DNA of 32,000 nucleotides from positions 480,001 through 512,000 of the forward strand of contig NC_000962.3 of NCBI RefSeq assembly GCF_000195955.2, in the 5' to 3' direction. Below the pieces are notes generated by a model that did not search any database, had not been told where the DNA came from, and was given only the letters and a program-made list of their open reading frames with translations. Origin of the DNA: Mycobacterium tuberculosis H37Rv (lineage in GTDB: Bacteria > Actinomycetota > Actinomycetes > Mycobacteriales > Mycobacteriaceae). Of the stretch, positions 9,940 through 23,495 are shown piece by piece. The position numbers and the translations under genes were made by a program. Every line of letters begins with the position of its first letter. Positions within the stretch are counted from its first letter, which is position 1.

Positions 9940-10705
9940 CTTTGCGAATCGGCCCGTGCCACAGCTCGCCGTGACCAGGTGCCAGGATGTTGGTCTCTAG
10001 CAAAGCCAGCGCAGCCAGGCTGCGGATACTGTTCTGCTGGCTGTGGCTGAACACCGCGGGCAGTAGCTGTGGCCCGCGGTGACGCAACATCGGATGACCA
10101 GTGATCAGCGCATCGCCGCTGGCCAGCACACCGTCGACGACATACGAGCAGTGACCGCTGGTGTGTCCCGGGGTGAAAATCGCCATCGGTTGACCCGGCA
10201 GCCCGGCGGCCGCTTCGGCGGTCAGCGGCTGGGCGGTCGGAATGCCGTCGCCGGTCAGGCCGCCGCGGCGAAGCAAGTGAATACCCCAGACCGCCACACG
10301 GGGCCGCCAGCTGCGCAGCGCAACATCGAAAACCGAGGCATTCTCCCGGTATTCCCGCTTGGCGTGACCTACCTCCTCGGCGTGGCAGTACACCGGCGTG
10401 CTGTGCTCACGAGCAAACCAGATTGCCGAGCCCAGGTGGTCGATGTGCGCGTGGGTGAGCACGATGGCGCGCACGTCACCCGGTGTGTAGCCCAGTTTGT
10501 TCAGCGAGGCCAGCACCTCCGCACGGTCGCCGGGATAGCCGGCGTCGATCAGCAGCACGCCGGTGTCGTCGGTGACTAGCACCCAGTTGACCGCGTGGCC
10601 GCGAGCGAGGTGAACCTTGTCGGTGATCTGAACAAGCTCCGCCATGCCCGCGAGTCTAGGAGCGAGCGCGAGCGCGGCAAGCCGGGTGCCGCGGGTCGCG
10701 ACCAT
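9887..10705 (-). CDS. Metallo-beta-lactamase-fold hydrolase (Rv0406c-like)
   Basis: 272-aa ORF with the MBL signature LTHAHIDHLG plus downstream His/Asp ligand positions (GHTSGH, GD..ITGH). The start is uncertain. ATG 10705 lies inside a tandem repeat. A second in-frame ATG at 10645 (MAELVQITDKV...) begins right at the conserved fold. The 3' end overlaps pks6 by 53 nt. Confidence 0.85.
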   Translation of the reverse strand: MVATRGTRLAALALAPRLAGMAELVQITDKVHLARGHAVNWVLVTDDTGVLLIDAGYPGDRAEVLASLNKLGYTPGDVRAIVLTHAHIDHLGSAIWFAREHSTPVYCHAEEVGHAKREYRENASVFDVALRSWRPRVAVWGIHLLRRGGLTGDGIPTAQPLTAEAAAGLPGQPMAIFTPGHTSGHCSYVVDGVLASGDALITGHPMLRHRGPQLLPAVFSHSQQNSIRSLAALALLETNILAPGHGELWHGPIRKATDEALERAQKSNHVFR

Positions 10706-10766
10706 GGGATATGGAGCGATCGCGAGCGCGGCGAAGCCGGGCGTGGCGGGTCGCGTTTATGGCATA
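10659..10766. repeat. Two tandem copies of a ~54-bp GC-rich unit (MIRU/VNTR-like), followed by the first 4 nt (ggag) of a third
   Basis: Unit 1 (10659-10712): ggagcgagcgcgagcgcggcaagccgggtgccgcgggtcgcgaccatgggatat. Unit 2 (10713-10766): ggagcgatcgcgagcgcggcgaagccgggcgtggcgggtcgcgtttatggcata. By eye they are about 80-85% identical with one compensated 1-nt indel. The repeat fills the Rv0406c/fgd1 intergenic space. Confidence 0.8.
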
Positions 10767-10782
10767 GGAGTAGAAAGAACTG

Positions 10783-11793
10783 GTGGCTGAACTGAAGCTA
10801 GGTTACAAAGCATCGGCCGAACAATTCGCACCGCGCGAGCTCGTCGAACTAGCCGTCGCCGCCGAAGCCCACGGCATGGACAGCGCGACCGTCAGCGACC
10901 ATTTTCAGCCTTGGCGCCACCAGGGCGGCCATGCCCCGTTCTCGCTGTCCTGGATGACCGCTGTCGGCGAACGTACCAACCGGCTGCTGCTGGGCACTTC
11001 GGTGCTGACCCCCACCTTCCGCTACAACCCCGCCGTCATCGCTCAGGCTTTCGCCACCATGGGATGCCTGTACCCGAACCGTGTTTTCCTTGGCGTGGGC
11101 ACCGGTGAGGCGCTGAACGAAATCGCCACCGGATACGAGGGCGCCTGGCCGGAGTTCAAGGAGCGGTTCGCCCGGCTGCGTGAATCGGTGGGGCTAATGC
11201 GGCAGCTGTGGAGCGGTGACCGCGTCGACTTTGACGGCGACTATTACCGGCTCAAGGGTGCCTCGATCTACGACGTGCCCGACGGGGGCGTGCCCGTCTA
11301 CATCGCCGCCGGCGGCCCGGCGGTGGCCAAGTACGCCGGCCGCGCCGGTGACGGCTTCATCTGTACGTCCGGCAAGGGCGAGGAGCTCTACACCGAGAAG
11401 CTGATGCCGGCGGTACGAGAAGGCGCCGCTGCCGCTGACCGATCCGTCGACGGCATCGACAAGATGATCGAAATCAAGATCTCCTACGACCCCGACCCGG
11501 AGCTGGCATTGAACAACACCCGGTTTTGGGCGCCGCTGTCGTTGACAGCTGAGCAGAAGCACAGCATCGACGACCCGATCGAGATGGAGAAGGCCGCCGA
11601 TGCGCTGCCAATCGAACAGATCGCCAAGCGCTGGATCGTGGCGTCGGACCCCGACGAAGCCGTCGAAAAGGTAGGTCAATACGTGACATGGGGCCTGAAC
11701 CACCTGGTATTTCACGCACCAGGACATGACCAGCGCCGGTTTCTGGAGCTCTTCCAGTCGGACCTGGCACCCAGGTTGCGGCGACTTGGCTGA
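10783..11793 (+). CDS. fgd1: F420-dependent glucose-6-phosphate dehydrogenase (luciferase-like fold)
   Basis: 336-aa ORF beginning at GTG 10783, with GGAG 13 nt upstream. The sequence ([21 protein letters not shown]...SDHFQPWRH...) is recognised as Fgd1/Rv0407. Confidence 0.95.
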   Translation: MAELKLGYKASAEQFAPRELVELAVAAEAHGMDSATVSDHFQPWRHQGGHAPFSLSWMTAVGERTNRLLLGTSVLTPTFRYNPAVIAQAFATMGCLYPNRVFLGVGTGEALNEIATGYEGAWPEFKERFARLRESVGLMRQLWSGDRVDFDGDYYRLKGASIYDVPDGGVPVYIAAGGPAVAKYAGRAGDGFICTSGKGEELYTEKLMPAVREGAAAADRSVDGIDKMIEIKISYDPDPELALNNTRFWAPLSLTAEQKHSIDDPIEMEKAADALPIEQIAKRWIVASDPDEAVEKVGQYVTWGLNHLVFHAPGHDQRRFLELFQSDLAPRLRRLG

Positions 11794-13858
11794 CTCCTCG
11801 GCGATCTACCTCGCCGCACCAGAATCGCAGACGGGTAAGTCGACGATTGCACTGGGGCTTTTGCACCGACTGACCGCGATGGTCGCCAAAGTCGGTGTGT
11901 TCCGGCCGATTACGCGGCTCTCTGCGGAGCGGGACTACATCCTGGAACTACTGCTCGCGCACACCAGTGCGGGCCTGCCCTATGAGCGGTGTGTTGGCGT
12001 GACCTACCAGCAGCTGCATGCTGACCGCGACGACGCGATCGCCGAAATTGTCGATTCGTATCACGCAATGGCCGACGAGTGTGACGCGGTGGTGGTCGTC
12101 GGCAGTGACTACACCGACGTCACCAGCCCCACCGAGCTCTCGGTCAACGGCCGGATCGCGGTGAACCTCGGCGCGCCAGTGTTGTTGACGGTTCGGGCGA
12201 AGGACCGCACCCCCGATCAGGTCGCCAGCGTCGTCGAGGTCTGCTTGGCCGAGCTGGACACCCAGCGCGCTCATACCGCGGCGGTAGTGGCGAACCGGTG
12301 CGAGCTGTCCGCGATACCGGCCGTGACCGACGCGCTGCGCAGGTTCACCCCGCCTAGCTATGTAGTGCCCGAGGAACCACTGCTGTCGGCGCCGACCGTT
12401 GCCGAGTTAACGCAGGCTGTGAACGGGGCGGTGGTAAGCGGTGATGTTGCGCTGCGCGAACGTGAGGTGATGGGCGTGCTGGCCGCGGGTATGACCGCCG
12501 ACCATGTGTTGGAGCGGCTGACCGATGGCATGGCGGTGATTACTCCCGGCGACCGCTCGGACGTGGTGTTGGCCGTCGCTAGCGCCCATGCGGCCGAAGG
12601 GTTTCCGTCATTGTCATGCATCGTCCTCAATGGCGGGTTCCAGTTGCATCCGGCGATCGCCGCCCTGGTTTCCGGCCTGCGATTGCGGTTACCTGTCATC
12701 GCCACCGCGTTGGGCACCTACGACACCGCCAGCGCTGCCGCGTCGGCCCGCGGGCTGGTAACGGCGACGTCGCAACGCAAGATCGACACCGCGTTGGAGC
12801 TGATGGACCGCCACGTGGACGTCGCCGGTCTATTGGCGCAGCTGACCATTCCCATCCCTACGGTCACTACACCACAGATGTTCACTTATCGGCTGCTGCA
12901 GCAGGCCCGTTCGGACCTCATGCGCATCGTCCTTCCCGAAGGGGACGACGATCGCATCCTCAAATCGGCGGGCCGCCTGCTTCAGCGCGGCATCGTCGAC
13001 CTGACCATCCTGGGCGATGAAGCCAAAGTCCGTCTGCGGGCAGCGGAACTCGGTGTGGACCTGGACGGCGCCACGGTAATCGAGCCATGCGCAAGCGAAC
13101 TGCACGATCAATTCGCCGACCAGTATGCGCAGTTGCGTAAGGCGAAGGGAATCACCGTGGAGCATGCCCGCGAAATCATGAACGATGCCACATATTTCGG
13201 CACCATGCTGGTGCACAACTGTCATGCCGACGGCATGGTATCGGGTGCTGCTCACACCACGGCGCACACCGTTCGTCCGGCGCTGGAGATCATCAAGACC
13301 GTTCCGGGCATATCCACCGTGTCCAGCATTTTCCTGATGTGTCTGCCGGATCGGGTACTGGCGTACGGCGACTGCGCGATCATCCCGAACCCGACGGTGG
13401 AGCAGCTCGCTGATATCGCCATCTGCTCGGCACGCACCGCCGCACAGTTCGGCATCGAGCCCCGGGTGGCCATGCTGTCCTACTCCACCGGTGACTCGGG
13501 GAAAGGTGCCGACGTCGACAAGGTCAGAGCGGCAACGGAGTTGGTGCGCGCTCGGGAGCCGCAGCTGCCGGTCGAGGGTCCCATTCAATACGACGCCGCA
13601 GTGGAACCGTCGGTCGCGGCCACCAAGTTGCGCGATTCGCCGGTGGCCGGCCGCGCGACGGTGCTGATCTTCCCCGATCTCAATACCGGCAACAACACCT
13701 ACAAAGCGGTGCAGCGTTCTGCGGGTGCGATCGCGATCGGCCCGGTGCTGCAGGGCTTACGCAAGCCGGTGAACGACCTATCTCGGGGTGCACTGGTCGA
13801 CGACATAGTCAACACCGTGGCCATCACGGCGATTCAGGCGCAGGGCGTCCATGAGTAG
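11786..13858 (+). CDS. pta: Phosphate acetyltransferase, long form with N-terminal P-loop-like regulatory domain
   Basis: The track ORF is 11726..13858. The conserved N-terminal domain starts at [14 protein letters not shown], and the only nearby start is TTG 11786, which overlaps the fgd1 stop by 8 nt. The ATG at 11726 would overlap fgd1 by 68 nt. The C-terminal PTA domain is present ([19 protein letters not shown]). Confidence 0.9.
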   Translation: MADSSAIYLAAPESQTGKSTIALGLLHRLTAMVAKVGVFRPITRLSAERDYILELLLAHTSAGLPYERCVGVTYQQLHADRDDAIAEIVDSYHAMADECDAVVVVGSDYTDVTSPTELSVNGRIAVNLGAPVLLTVRAKDRTPDQVASVVEVCLAELDTQRAHTAAVVANRCELSAIPAVTDALRRFTPPSYVVPEEPLLSAPTVAELTQAVNGAVVSGDVALREREVMGVLAAGMTADHVLERLTDGMAVITPGDRSDVVLAVASAHAAEGFPSLSCIVLNGGFQLHPAIAALVSGLRLRLPVIATALGTYDTASAAASARGLVTATSQRKIDTALELMDRHVDVAGLLAQLTIPIPTVTTPQMFTYRLLQQARSDLMRIVLPEGDDDRILKSAGRLLQRGIVDLTILGDEAKVRLRAAELGVDLDGATVIEPCASELHDQFADQYAQLRKAKGITVEHAREIMNDATYFGTMLVHNCHADGMVSGAAHTTAHTVRPALEIIKTVPGISTVSSIFLMCLPDRVLAYGDCAIIPNPTVEQLADIAICSARTAAQFGIEPRVAMLSYSTGDSGKGADVDKVRAATELVRAREPQLPVEGPIQYDAAVEPSVAATKLRDSPVAGRATVLIFPDLNTGNNTYKAVQRSAGAIAIGPVLQGLRKPVNDLSRGALVDDIVNTVAITAIQAQGVHE

Positions 13859-15008
13859 CACCGTGCTGGTGATCAATTCCGGCTCGTCGTCGCTGAAGTT
13901 CCAGCTCGTCGAGCCGGTCGCCGGCATGTCACGTGCCGCCGGGATTGTCGAGCGGATCGGCGAGCGGTCATCCCCGGTTGCCGATCACGCCCAGGCGCTG
14001 CATCGCGCATTCAAGATGTTGGCCGAGGACGGAATTGACCTGCAGACCTGCGGGCTGGTGGCGGTCGGACACCGGGTGGTCCACGGCGGCACGGAGTTTC
14101 ACCAGCCGACGCTGCTGGATGACACGGTGATCGGCAAGCTTGAGGAGCTGTCGGCGCTGGCCCCGTTGCACAACCCGCCGGCGGTACTGGGCATCAAGGT
14201 GGCACGCAGATTGCTGGCCAATGTCGCGCACGTCGCGGTGTTCGATACGGCCTTTTTCCATGACTTGCCCCCGGCGGCCGCGACCTATGCCATCGACCGC
14301 GACGTCGCCGACAGATGGCATATCCGCCGCTACGGATTTCATGGCACTTCACACCAATACGTCAGCGAGCGGGCCGCCGCCTTCCTGGGCCGCCCGCTCG
14401 ACGGTTTGAATCAGATTGTGCTGCATCTGGGTAACGGTGCCTCCGCCTCGGCGATTGCCCGCGGCCGGCCGGTGGAAACGTCGATGGGCCTGACACCGCT
14501 TGAGGGCTTGGTGATGGGCACCCGCAGTGGCGACCTGGACCCGGGCGTCATCAGCTACTTGTGGCGCACCGCGAGGATGGGTGTCGAGGACATCGAATCG
14601 ATGCTCAACCATCGGTCCGGGATGTTGGGGTTGGCGGGGGAGCGGGATTTTCGCCGTCTACGACTAGTGATCGAAACCGGGGACAGGTCAGCACAATTGG
14701 CGTATGAGGTGTTCATCCACCGGTTGCGCAAGTACCTTGGTGCCTATCTGGCGGTGTTGGGCCACACCGATGTGGTGAGCTTTACCGCCGGGATCGGCGA
14801 AAACGATGCGGCGGTGCGGCGGGACGCGTTGGCTGGCCTTCAGGGGCTAGGTATCGCACTCGACCAAGACCGCAACCTGGGCCCGGGGCACGGCGCCCGG
14901 CGGATTTCGTCAGACGATTCACCGATCGCCGTGCTGGTGGTTCCCACGAATGAAGAACTGGCCATCGCCCGCGATTGCCTGAGGGTGCTGGGCGGACGCC
15001 GAGCGTGA
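13851..15008 (+). CDS. ackA: Acetate kinase
   Basis: 385-aa ORF with the N-terminal signature [13 protein letters not shown] and the motifs RYGFHGTSH and VPTNEE. The ATG overlaps the pta stop by 8 nt. Confidence 0.95.
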   Translation: MSSTVLVINSGSSSLKFQLVEPVAGMSRAAGIVERIGERSSPVADHAQALHRAFKMLAEDGIDLQTCGLVAVGHRVVHGGTEFHQPTLLDDTVIGKLEELSALAPLHNPPAVLGIKVARRLLANVAHVAVFDTAFFHDLPPAAATYAIDRDVADRWHIRRYGFHGTSHQYVSERAAAFLGRPLDGLNQIVLHLGNGASASAIARGRPVETSMGLTPLEGLVMGTRSGDLDPGVISYLWRTARMGVEDIESMLNHRSGMLGLAGERDFRRLRLVIETGDRSAQLAYEVFIHRLRKYLGAYLAVLGHTDVVSFTAGIGENDAAVRRDALAGLQGLGIALDQDRNLGPGHGARRISSDDSPIAVLVVPTNEELAIARDCLRVLGGRRA

Positions 15009-15061
15009 ATCATACGACAGCCCGCCGGCGTGTCGCGTCGTGCGATTCACACTCGGGCGGC

Positions 15062-18299
<3,238 letters not shown>

Positions 18300-18300
<1 letters not shown>

Positions 18301-19619
18301 CACCGATACTCTTTCAGCCGGGGCCACAGGCCGAGCGCGACGGCAATGGCGGCACCTAAGCTGAGCACCACGCCGCCCACCTGCGCGCCTGCCAGCCCGC
18401 GATGCGCATTGAGGATGTCGTGGCGCAGTTGGGTGCGGCTTTGTCCCATGGCTTTGGTCAGTGCTTCGTCGAGCTTGTCGAATGCGGGGGTAGCATCGTC
18501 CTCGCCTTTACCCAGTGCCACCTGAGTGGCAGCCCGATAGTTGCCGACGGAGATGTCGGAATTGATCCGGTCGTTGGCCTGCCGCCAGCGCACCAACAGC
18601 TGGTCGGCGCCCTGCAGATCGGGTTTGTCGACGGCGTGGCGGCGGGCCATGTAGTCGTTGAGCTGGCGTTGCATGGCGTCGATGCGCTGATAGAAGGCCT
18701 GCTTGCGGACCTCTTCGTCGCCGCGCCGGATCAGCGACAGTGTCTCGTCGGCCCGTGCCTGTTGGGCGGTGATCGCCAGGTTGGTGATGGTCTTGAGTGA
18801 CTCAGCCGCGGTATCTTTCGCGCTACGGCTGGCCGTTGTAGAGATGGTCAGCGCAGTTCCCACCCACACCACCATGACGAGAATACCGAGCGCGCCCACG
18901 ACAAGACCGGGGTTAATCCGTCGCCTGGTGCGCCGGGCCAGCCAGCGATGTGCGAACGCACCGAAGACCACGGTGGTGGCGACCACCAGGATCACCGGGG
19001 CCGGGATCTGGGTCGACGCGGTGGTTTCCCGATCTACCCGTGCTGATGTCGCCTGGTAGAGCCGTTGCGCGTCGGGCAGGATCGTCGATTGCATCAGCCC
19101 CGACGCCTCTGACAGATATGACGACCCGACCGGGTTGCCCGCCCGGTTGTTGGCGCGGGCGATCTCGACCAGGCCGGTGTAGACGGCCAATTCGGCGTTG
19201 ATCCGGCCCAGCAATTGCACCAACGATTCGTCGGTGAGCCCGCTCGAGGCCCGGGTTACCGCTACCGAGGCATCGGTAATGGCCTGCTCGTAGCGCAGCC
19301 GAACGCCGCCCGGCTCGGCTTGGGCTATGAACGCGGTGGCGGCCGCGGCATCAGCCACCGACAGCGTGGTGTACAGCCGTCCAGCCGCGAACGACAGCGG
19401 CTCGGTGTGGTCGAGCACCGCGGTCAACACCTGCTGCCGGTGTTCGATGGTGGTGGAGGTAGCGAAGGCGCTGGCCACGCCGAGAGCCGCCAACACGATG
19501 CCGATCGTCATGATTCGGCCGGGTGTCGTCGAGATGAACCACCGCCGGGGATGTGCCGGTTCGGCGGGCGAGCGTGATCCCAGCGGCTCGGTCGACGGGT
19601 GCGCCAGCTCAACCGTCAC
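18300..19619 (-). CDS. glnX: Integral membrane protein Rv0412c (called GlnX in the PknG nutrient-sensing literature)
   Basis: 439-aa ORF starting at GTG 19619. Four hydrophobic segments flank two long helical extracytoplasmic regions. It is the first gene of the three-gene overlapping unit with glnH and pknG. Confidence 0.85.
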
Positions 19620-19712
19620 GTCTGTTAGGACCTCATCTTTCGGCTAACGCAACGAAACTCTATAAGCGAATTCTAAGAGAAGGTTCCGACAGATGGTGTT
19701 AGGCATACGCAA

Positions 19713-20366
19713 TTGCCCAGTTGCCCGCCTGCATATTCTGAACAGGTGCGGGGCGACGGTGACGGATGGGTGGTGTCCGACAGCGGCGTTGCGTACTGGG
19801 GCCGCTACGGTGCGGCCGGTCTGTTGCTTCGGGCTCCGCGGCCGGACGGCACCCCCGCGGTGCTGCTGCAGCACCGCGCGCTGTGGAGCCATCAGGGCGG
19901 CACCTGGGGCTTGCCGGGCGGTGCTCGAGACAGCCACGAGACGCCGGAACAGACCGCGGTCCGCGAATCGAGCGAGGAGGCGGGCCTGTCCGCCGAGCGA
20001 CTCGAGGTGCGGGCCACGGTGGTCACCGCCGAGGTGTGCGGGGTCGACGACACGCACTGGACCTACACCACCGTTGTCGCCGATGCCGGGGAGTTGCTGG
20101 ACACCGTGCCCAACCGGGAAAGCGCCGAACTGCGCTGGGTGGCCGAGAACGAGGTGGCCGACTTGCCGTTACATCCCGGATTCGCCGCCAGTTGGCAACG
20201 ACTGCGGACCGCTCCGGCGACCGTGCCACTGGCCCGGTGCGACGAACGGCGGCAGCGGCTGCCGCGCACCATTCAGATCGAGGCCGGGGTTTTCCTCTGG
20301 TGTACGCCGGGCGACGCGGATCAGGCGCCCTCGCCGCTGGGTAGGCGGATCAGTTCGCTGCTGTAA
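19713..20366 (+). CDS. mutT3: Nudix hydrolase MutT3
   Basis: The Nudix box [24 protein letters not shown] fits Gx5Ex7REUxEExGU. The longest start is TTG 19713. An in-frame GTG at 19746 sits exactly 7 nt after a TATTCT -10-like hexamer and is a possible leaderless start. Confidence 0.85.
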
Positions 20367-21018
20367 GCGCCGACCGGAGCTGCTCGGCCGCCGCACGTGG
20401 GTCGTCAGCCGAGGTGATCGCCCGCACCACCACGATCCGGCGAGCGCCGGCATCGAGCACGGCCGGCAGCCGTTGCGCGTTGATGCCGCCGATAGCGAAC
20501 CACGGCTTGTCGTCGCCGCCGAGTTCGGCGGCGACCCGTACCAGCCCCAGACCCGGCGCCGCACGGCCAGGCTTGGTCGGTGTCGGCCAACATGGTCCGA
20601 CACAGAAATAGTCGGCGTCGCCGGCGGCGGCCGCAGCAACCTGGTCGGGGTCGTGGGTGGACCGGCCGATGAGGGTATCCGGTGCCAGGATCTGTCGTGC
20701 GACGTTCACGGGCAGGTCGCGTTGACCCAGATGCAGCACGTCGGCGCCGGCCGCGCGGGCAATATCGGCGCGGTCGTTGACCGCGAATAGGGCGCCGTAC
20801 CGGTGCGCTGCGTCGGCCAGGATCTCGCAGGCGGCCAGTTCGTCACGCGCCTGTAGCGGGCCGAACCGCAGCTCACCGGGTGAGCCCTTGTCGCGCAACT
20901 GGATGATGTCCACTCCGCCGGCCAGGGCGGCCTCGGCGAACTGAGCCAAGTCGCCGCGTTCCCGACGGGCGTCGGTGCACAGATACAGCCTTGCCGATGC
21001 CAGACGGGATTCGTGCAC
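20350..21018 (-). CDS. thiE: Thiamine-phosphate synthase
   Basis: 222-aa ORF starting at GTG 21018. It is a TIM-barrel ThiE-type sequence (RLYLCTD..., IIQLRDK, IGRSTH, YFCVGP, FAIGGI). The 3' end overlaps mutT3 by 17 nt. Confidence 0.93.
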
Positions 21019-21024
21019 ATCGTG

Positions 21025-21042
21025 ACGCTAGCGCGCTAGCGT
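21025..21042. promoter_or_regulatory. 18-bp perfect palindrome acgctagcgcgctagcgt carrying a TAGCGT (TANNNT) -10-like hexamer on each strand
   Basis: The exact self-complementarity was read from the sequence. The minus-strand hexamer ends at 21025, so the 7th nt downstream is the G of the thiE GTG (21018). The plus-strand hexamer (21037-21042) lies about 14 nt upstream of the thiO TPP riboswitch. Confidence 0.4.
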
Positions 21043-21055
21043 GGAACCCTGTAGA

Positions 21056-21140
21056 CACGGGAGTCCCGGGAGCGGGGTCTGAGAGTGGGCGCGCCTGCCC
21101 TTACCGTCACACCTGATCCGGATCATGCCGGCGAAGGGAG
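21056..21140 (+). promoter_or_regulatory. TPP (THI-box) riboswitch controlling thiO-thiS-thiG
   Basis: The sequence contains CUGAGA (21079-21084) and the highly conserved ACCUGAUCCGGAUCAUGCCGGCGAAGGGAG. The 3' GGGAGG doubles as the Shine-Dalgarno sequence 7 nt before the thiO ATG. End coordinates are approximate. Confidence 0.85.
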
Positions 21141-21147
21141 GTCAAGG

Positions 21148-22166
21148 ATGGCGTCCGACCTACACACCGGGTCGCTGGCTGTCATCGGCGGCGGTGTCAT
21201 CGGGCTGTCGGTGGCCCGCCGTGCCGCCCAAGCCGGCTGGCCGGTGCGGGTGCACCGCAGCGACGAGCGGGGGGCGTCCTGGGTTGCCGGCGGCATGCTG
21301 GCCCCACACAGCGAAGGCTGGCCCGGCGAGGAACGGTTGTTGCGGCTAGGCCTGCAGTCCCTGCGGCTTTGGCGTGAGGGCAGCTTTCTCGACGGGCTGG
21401 GCCCGCAACTGGTCACCGCGCACGAGTCGCTGGTGGTGGCCGTCGACCGGGCCGACGTCGCCGACCTGCGCACTGTCGCGGACTGGTTGTCCGCACAGGG
21501 GCACCCGGTGATCTGGGAGTCGGCTGCCCGTGACGTCGAACCCCTACTGGCGCAAGGCATCCGGCACGGGTTTCGGGCGCCCACCGAACTGGCCGTCGAC
21601 AACCGCGCCCTGCTCGACGCGCTGTGCCGTGACTGCGAGCGACTCGGAGTTCGCTGGAGCTCACAGGTGAGCAGCCTGTCCGACGTCGATGCGCACACGG
21701 TGGTGATCGCCAACGGCATTGACGCCCCGGCCTTGTGGCCCGGCCTGCCGATACGCCCGGTGAAGGGTGAGGTGCTGCGGCTGCGATGGCGACCAGGTTG
21801 TATGCCCTTGCCGCAGAGAGTGATTCGTGCCCGTGTGCGTGGACGACAGGTCTATCTGGTGCCACGTTCGGACGGGGTGGTCGTCGGCGCCACCCAATAC
21901 GAGCACGGGCGCGACACCGCGCCGGTGGTATCGGGAGTTCGTGACCTGCTAGACGATGCGTGTACCGTGCTGCCGGCGCTGGGTGAGTACGAGCTGGCCG
22001 AGTGTGAGGCCGGACTGCGCCCGATGACACCCGACAACTTGCCGCTGGTCCAACGCCTGGATTCGCGGACCCTGGTCGCGGCCGGTCACGGCCGATCCGG
22101 ATTCCTATTGGCGCCGTGGACTGCCGAACAGATTGTGTCCGAACTCGTTTCGGTTGGGGCCGCCTC

Positions 22167-22170
<4 letters not shown>
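21148..22170 (+). CDS. thiO: FAD-dependent glycine oxidase
   Basis: The start is taken at ATG 21148 (MASDLHTGSLAVIGGGVIGLSVA, a dinucleotide-binding GxGxxG). The longer track ORF from 21085 would place the riboswitch inside the CDS. The stop overlaps the thiS ATG as ATGA. Confidence 0.9.
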
Positions 22171-23124
<954 letters not shown>

Positions 23125-23495
23125 CCAAAACGGTGAAGCCACGGGGTGCGGGCGGCCCGCTACCGGTCCGATTGCCCCGGATGTGGCAGCTTGCGCATAC
23201 AGTGCAGCCTTATACACGCCGACCTGTTGGCTGCCGCCGACTACAACGTTGTGGGATTGGCGGCGGCGGTGCTATCGGTGTGGGCCTACTTGGCGTAGAC
23301 CTATGGCCGACTGGTGGGACGACGAGTCCGGAGTTGGCAGCACCATCGCCAGTGTTCCGTAGCGGCATTGTCGCTGGTAGTGCTTTGGTTTGTGCTGTGT
23401 AACCTCCGGTTTAGGCCATTCAACGCTCTGTTCGTTTGATTGGTCGGTGGGATGCGAAAGCTGCGCGGCGACAGGCGCGGTCTAATCTGGGCGCG

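Noticed and set aside
11726..11785. ATG at 11726 as the pta start (710-aa form)
   Set aside because: It would overlap fgd1 by 68 nt and add a Trp/Ser-rich extension with no counterpart in Pta N-terminal domains. TTG 11786 is adjacent to the conserved domain start.
15009..15061. Possible bidirectional terminator between ackA and pknG
   Set aside because: Only about 5-bp complementary segments (ccgcc/ggcgg) with a very large loop and no U tracts, which is not distinguishable from chance.
19693..20790. 365-aa plus-strand ORF spanning mutT3 (other frame) and antisense thiE; also 21413..22312 (minus strand) antisense to thiO
   Set aside because: Both are Arg/Pro/Cys-rich shadow ORFs. The Nudix box, ThiE and ThiO signatures lie in the competing frames or strands.
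21085..21147. Longer thiO ORF starting at 21085
   Set aside because: The extension consists of the TPP riboswitch itself. ATG 21148 is correctly spaced from the GGGAGG at the riboswitch 3' end and directly precedes the GxGxxG FAD-binding motif.
23181..23402. 74-codon frame-3 ORF (MWQLAHTVQPYTRRPVG...) in the thiG-lpqL spacer
   Set aside because: G/C third positions are only about 50% by hand count, well below coding regions of this genome, and the composition is Gly/Arg-rich and shadow-like. The overlapping frame-1 small ORF looks more coding-like.
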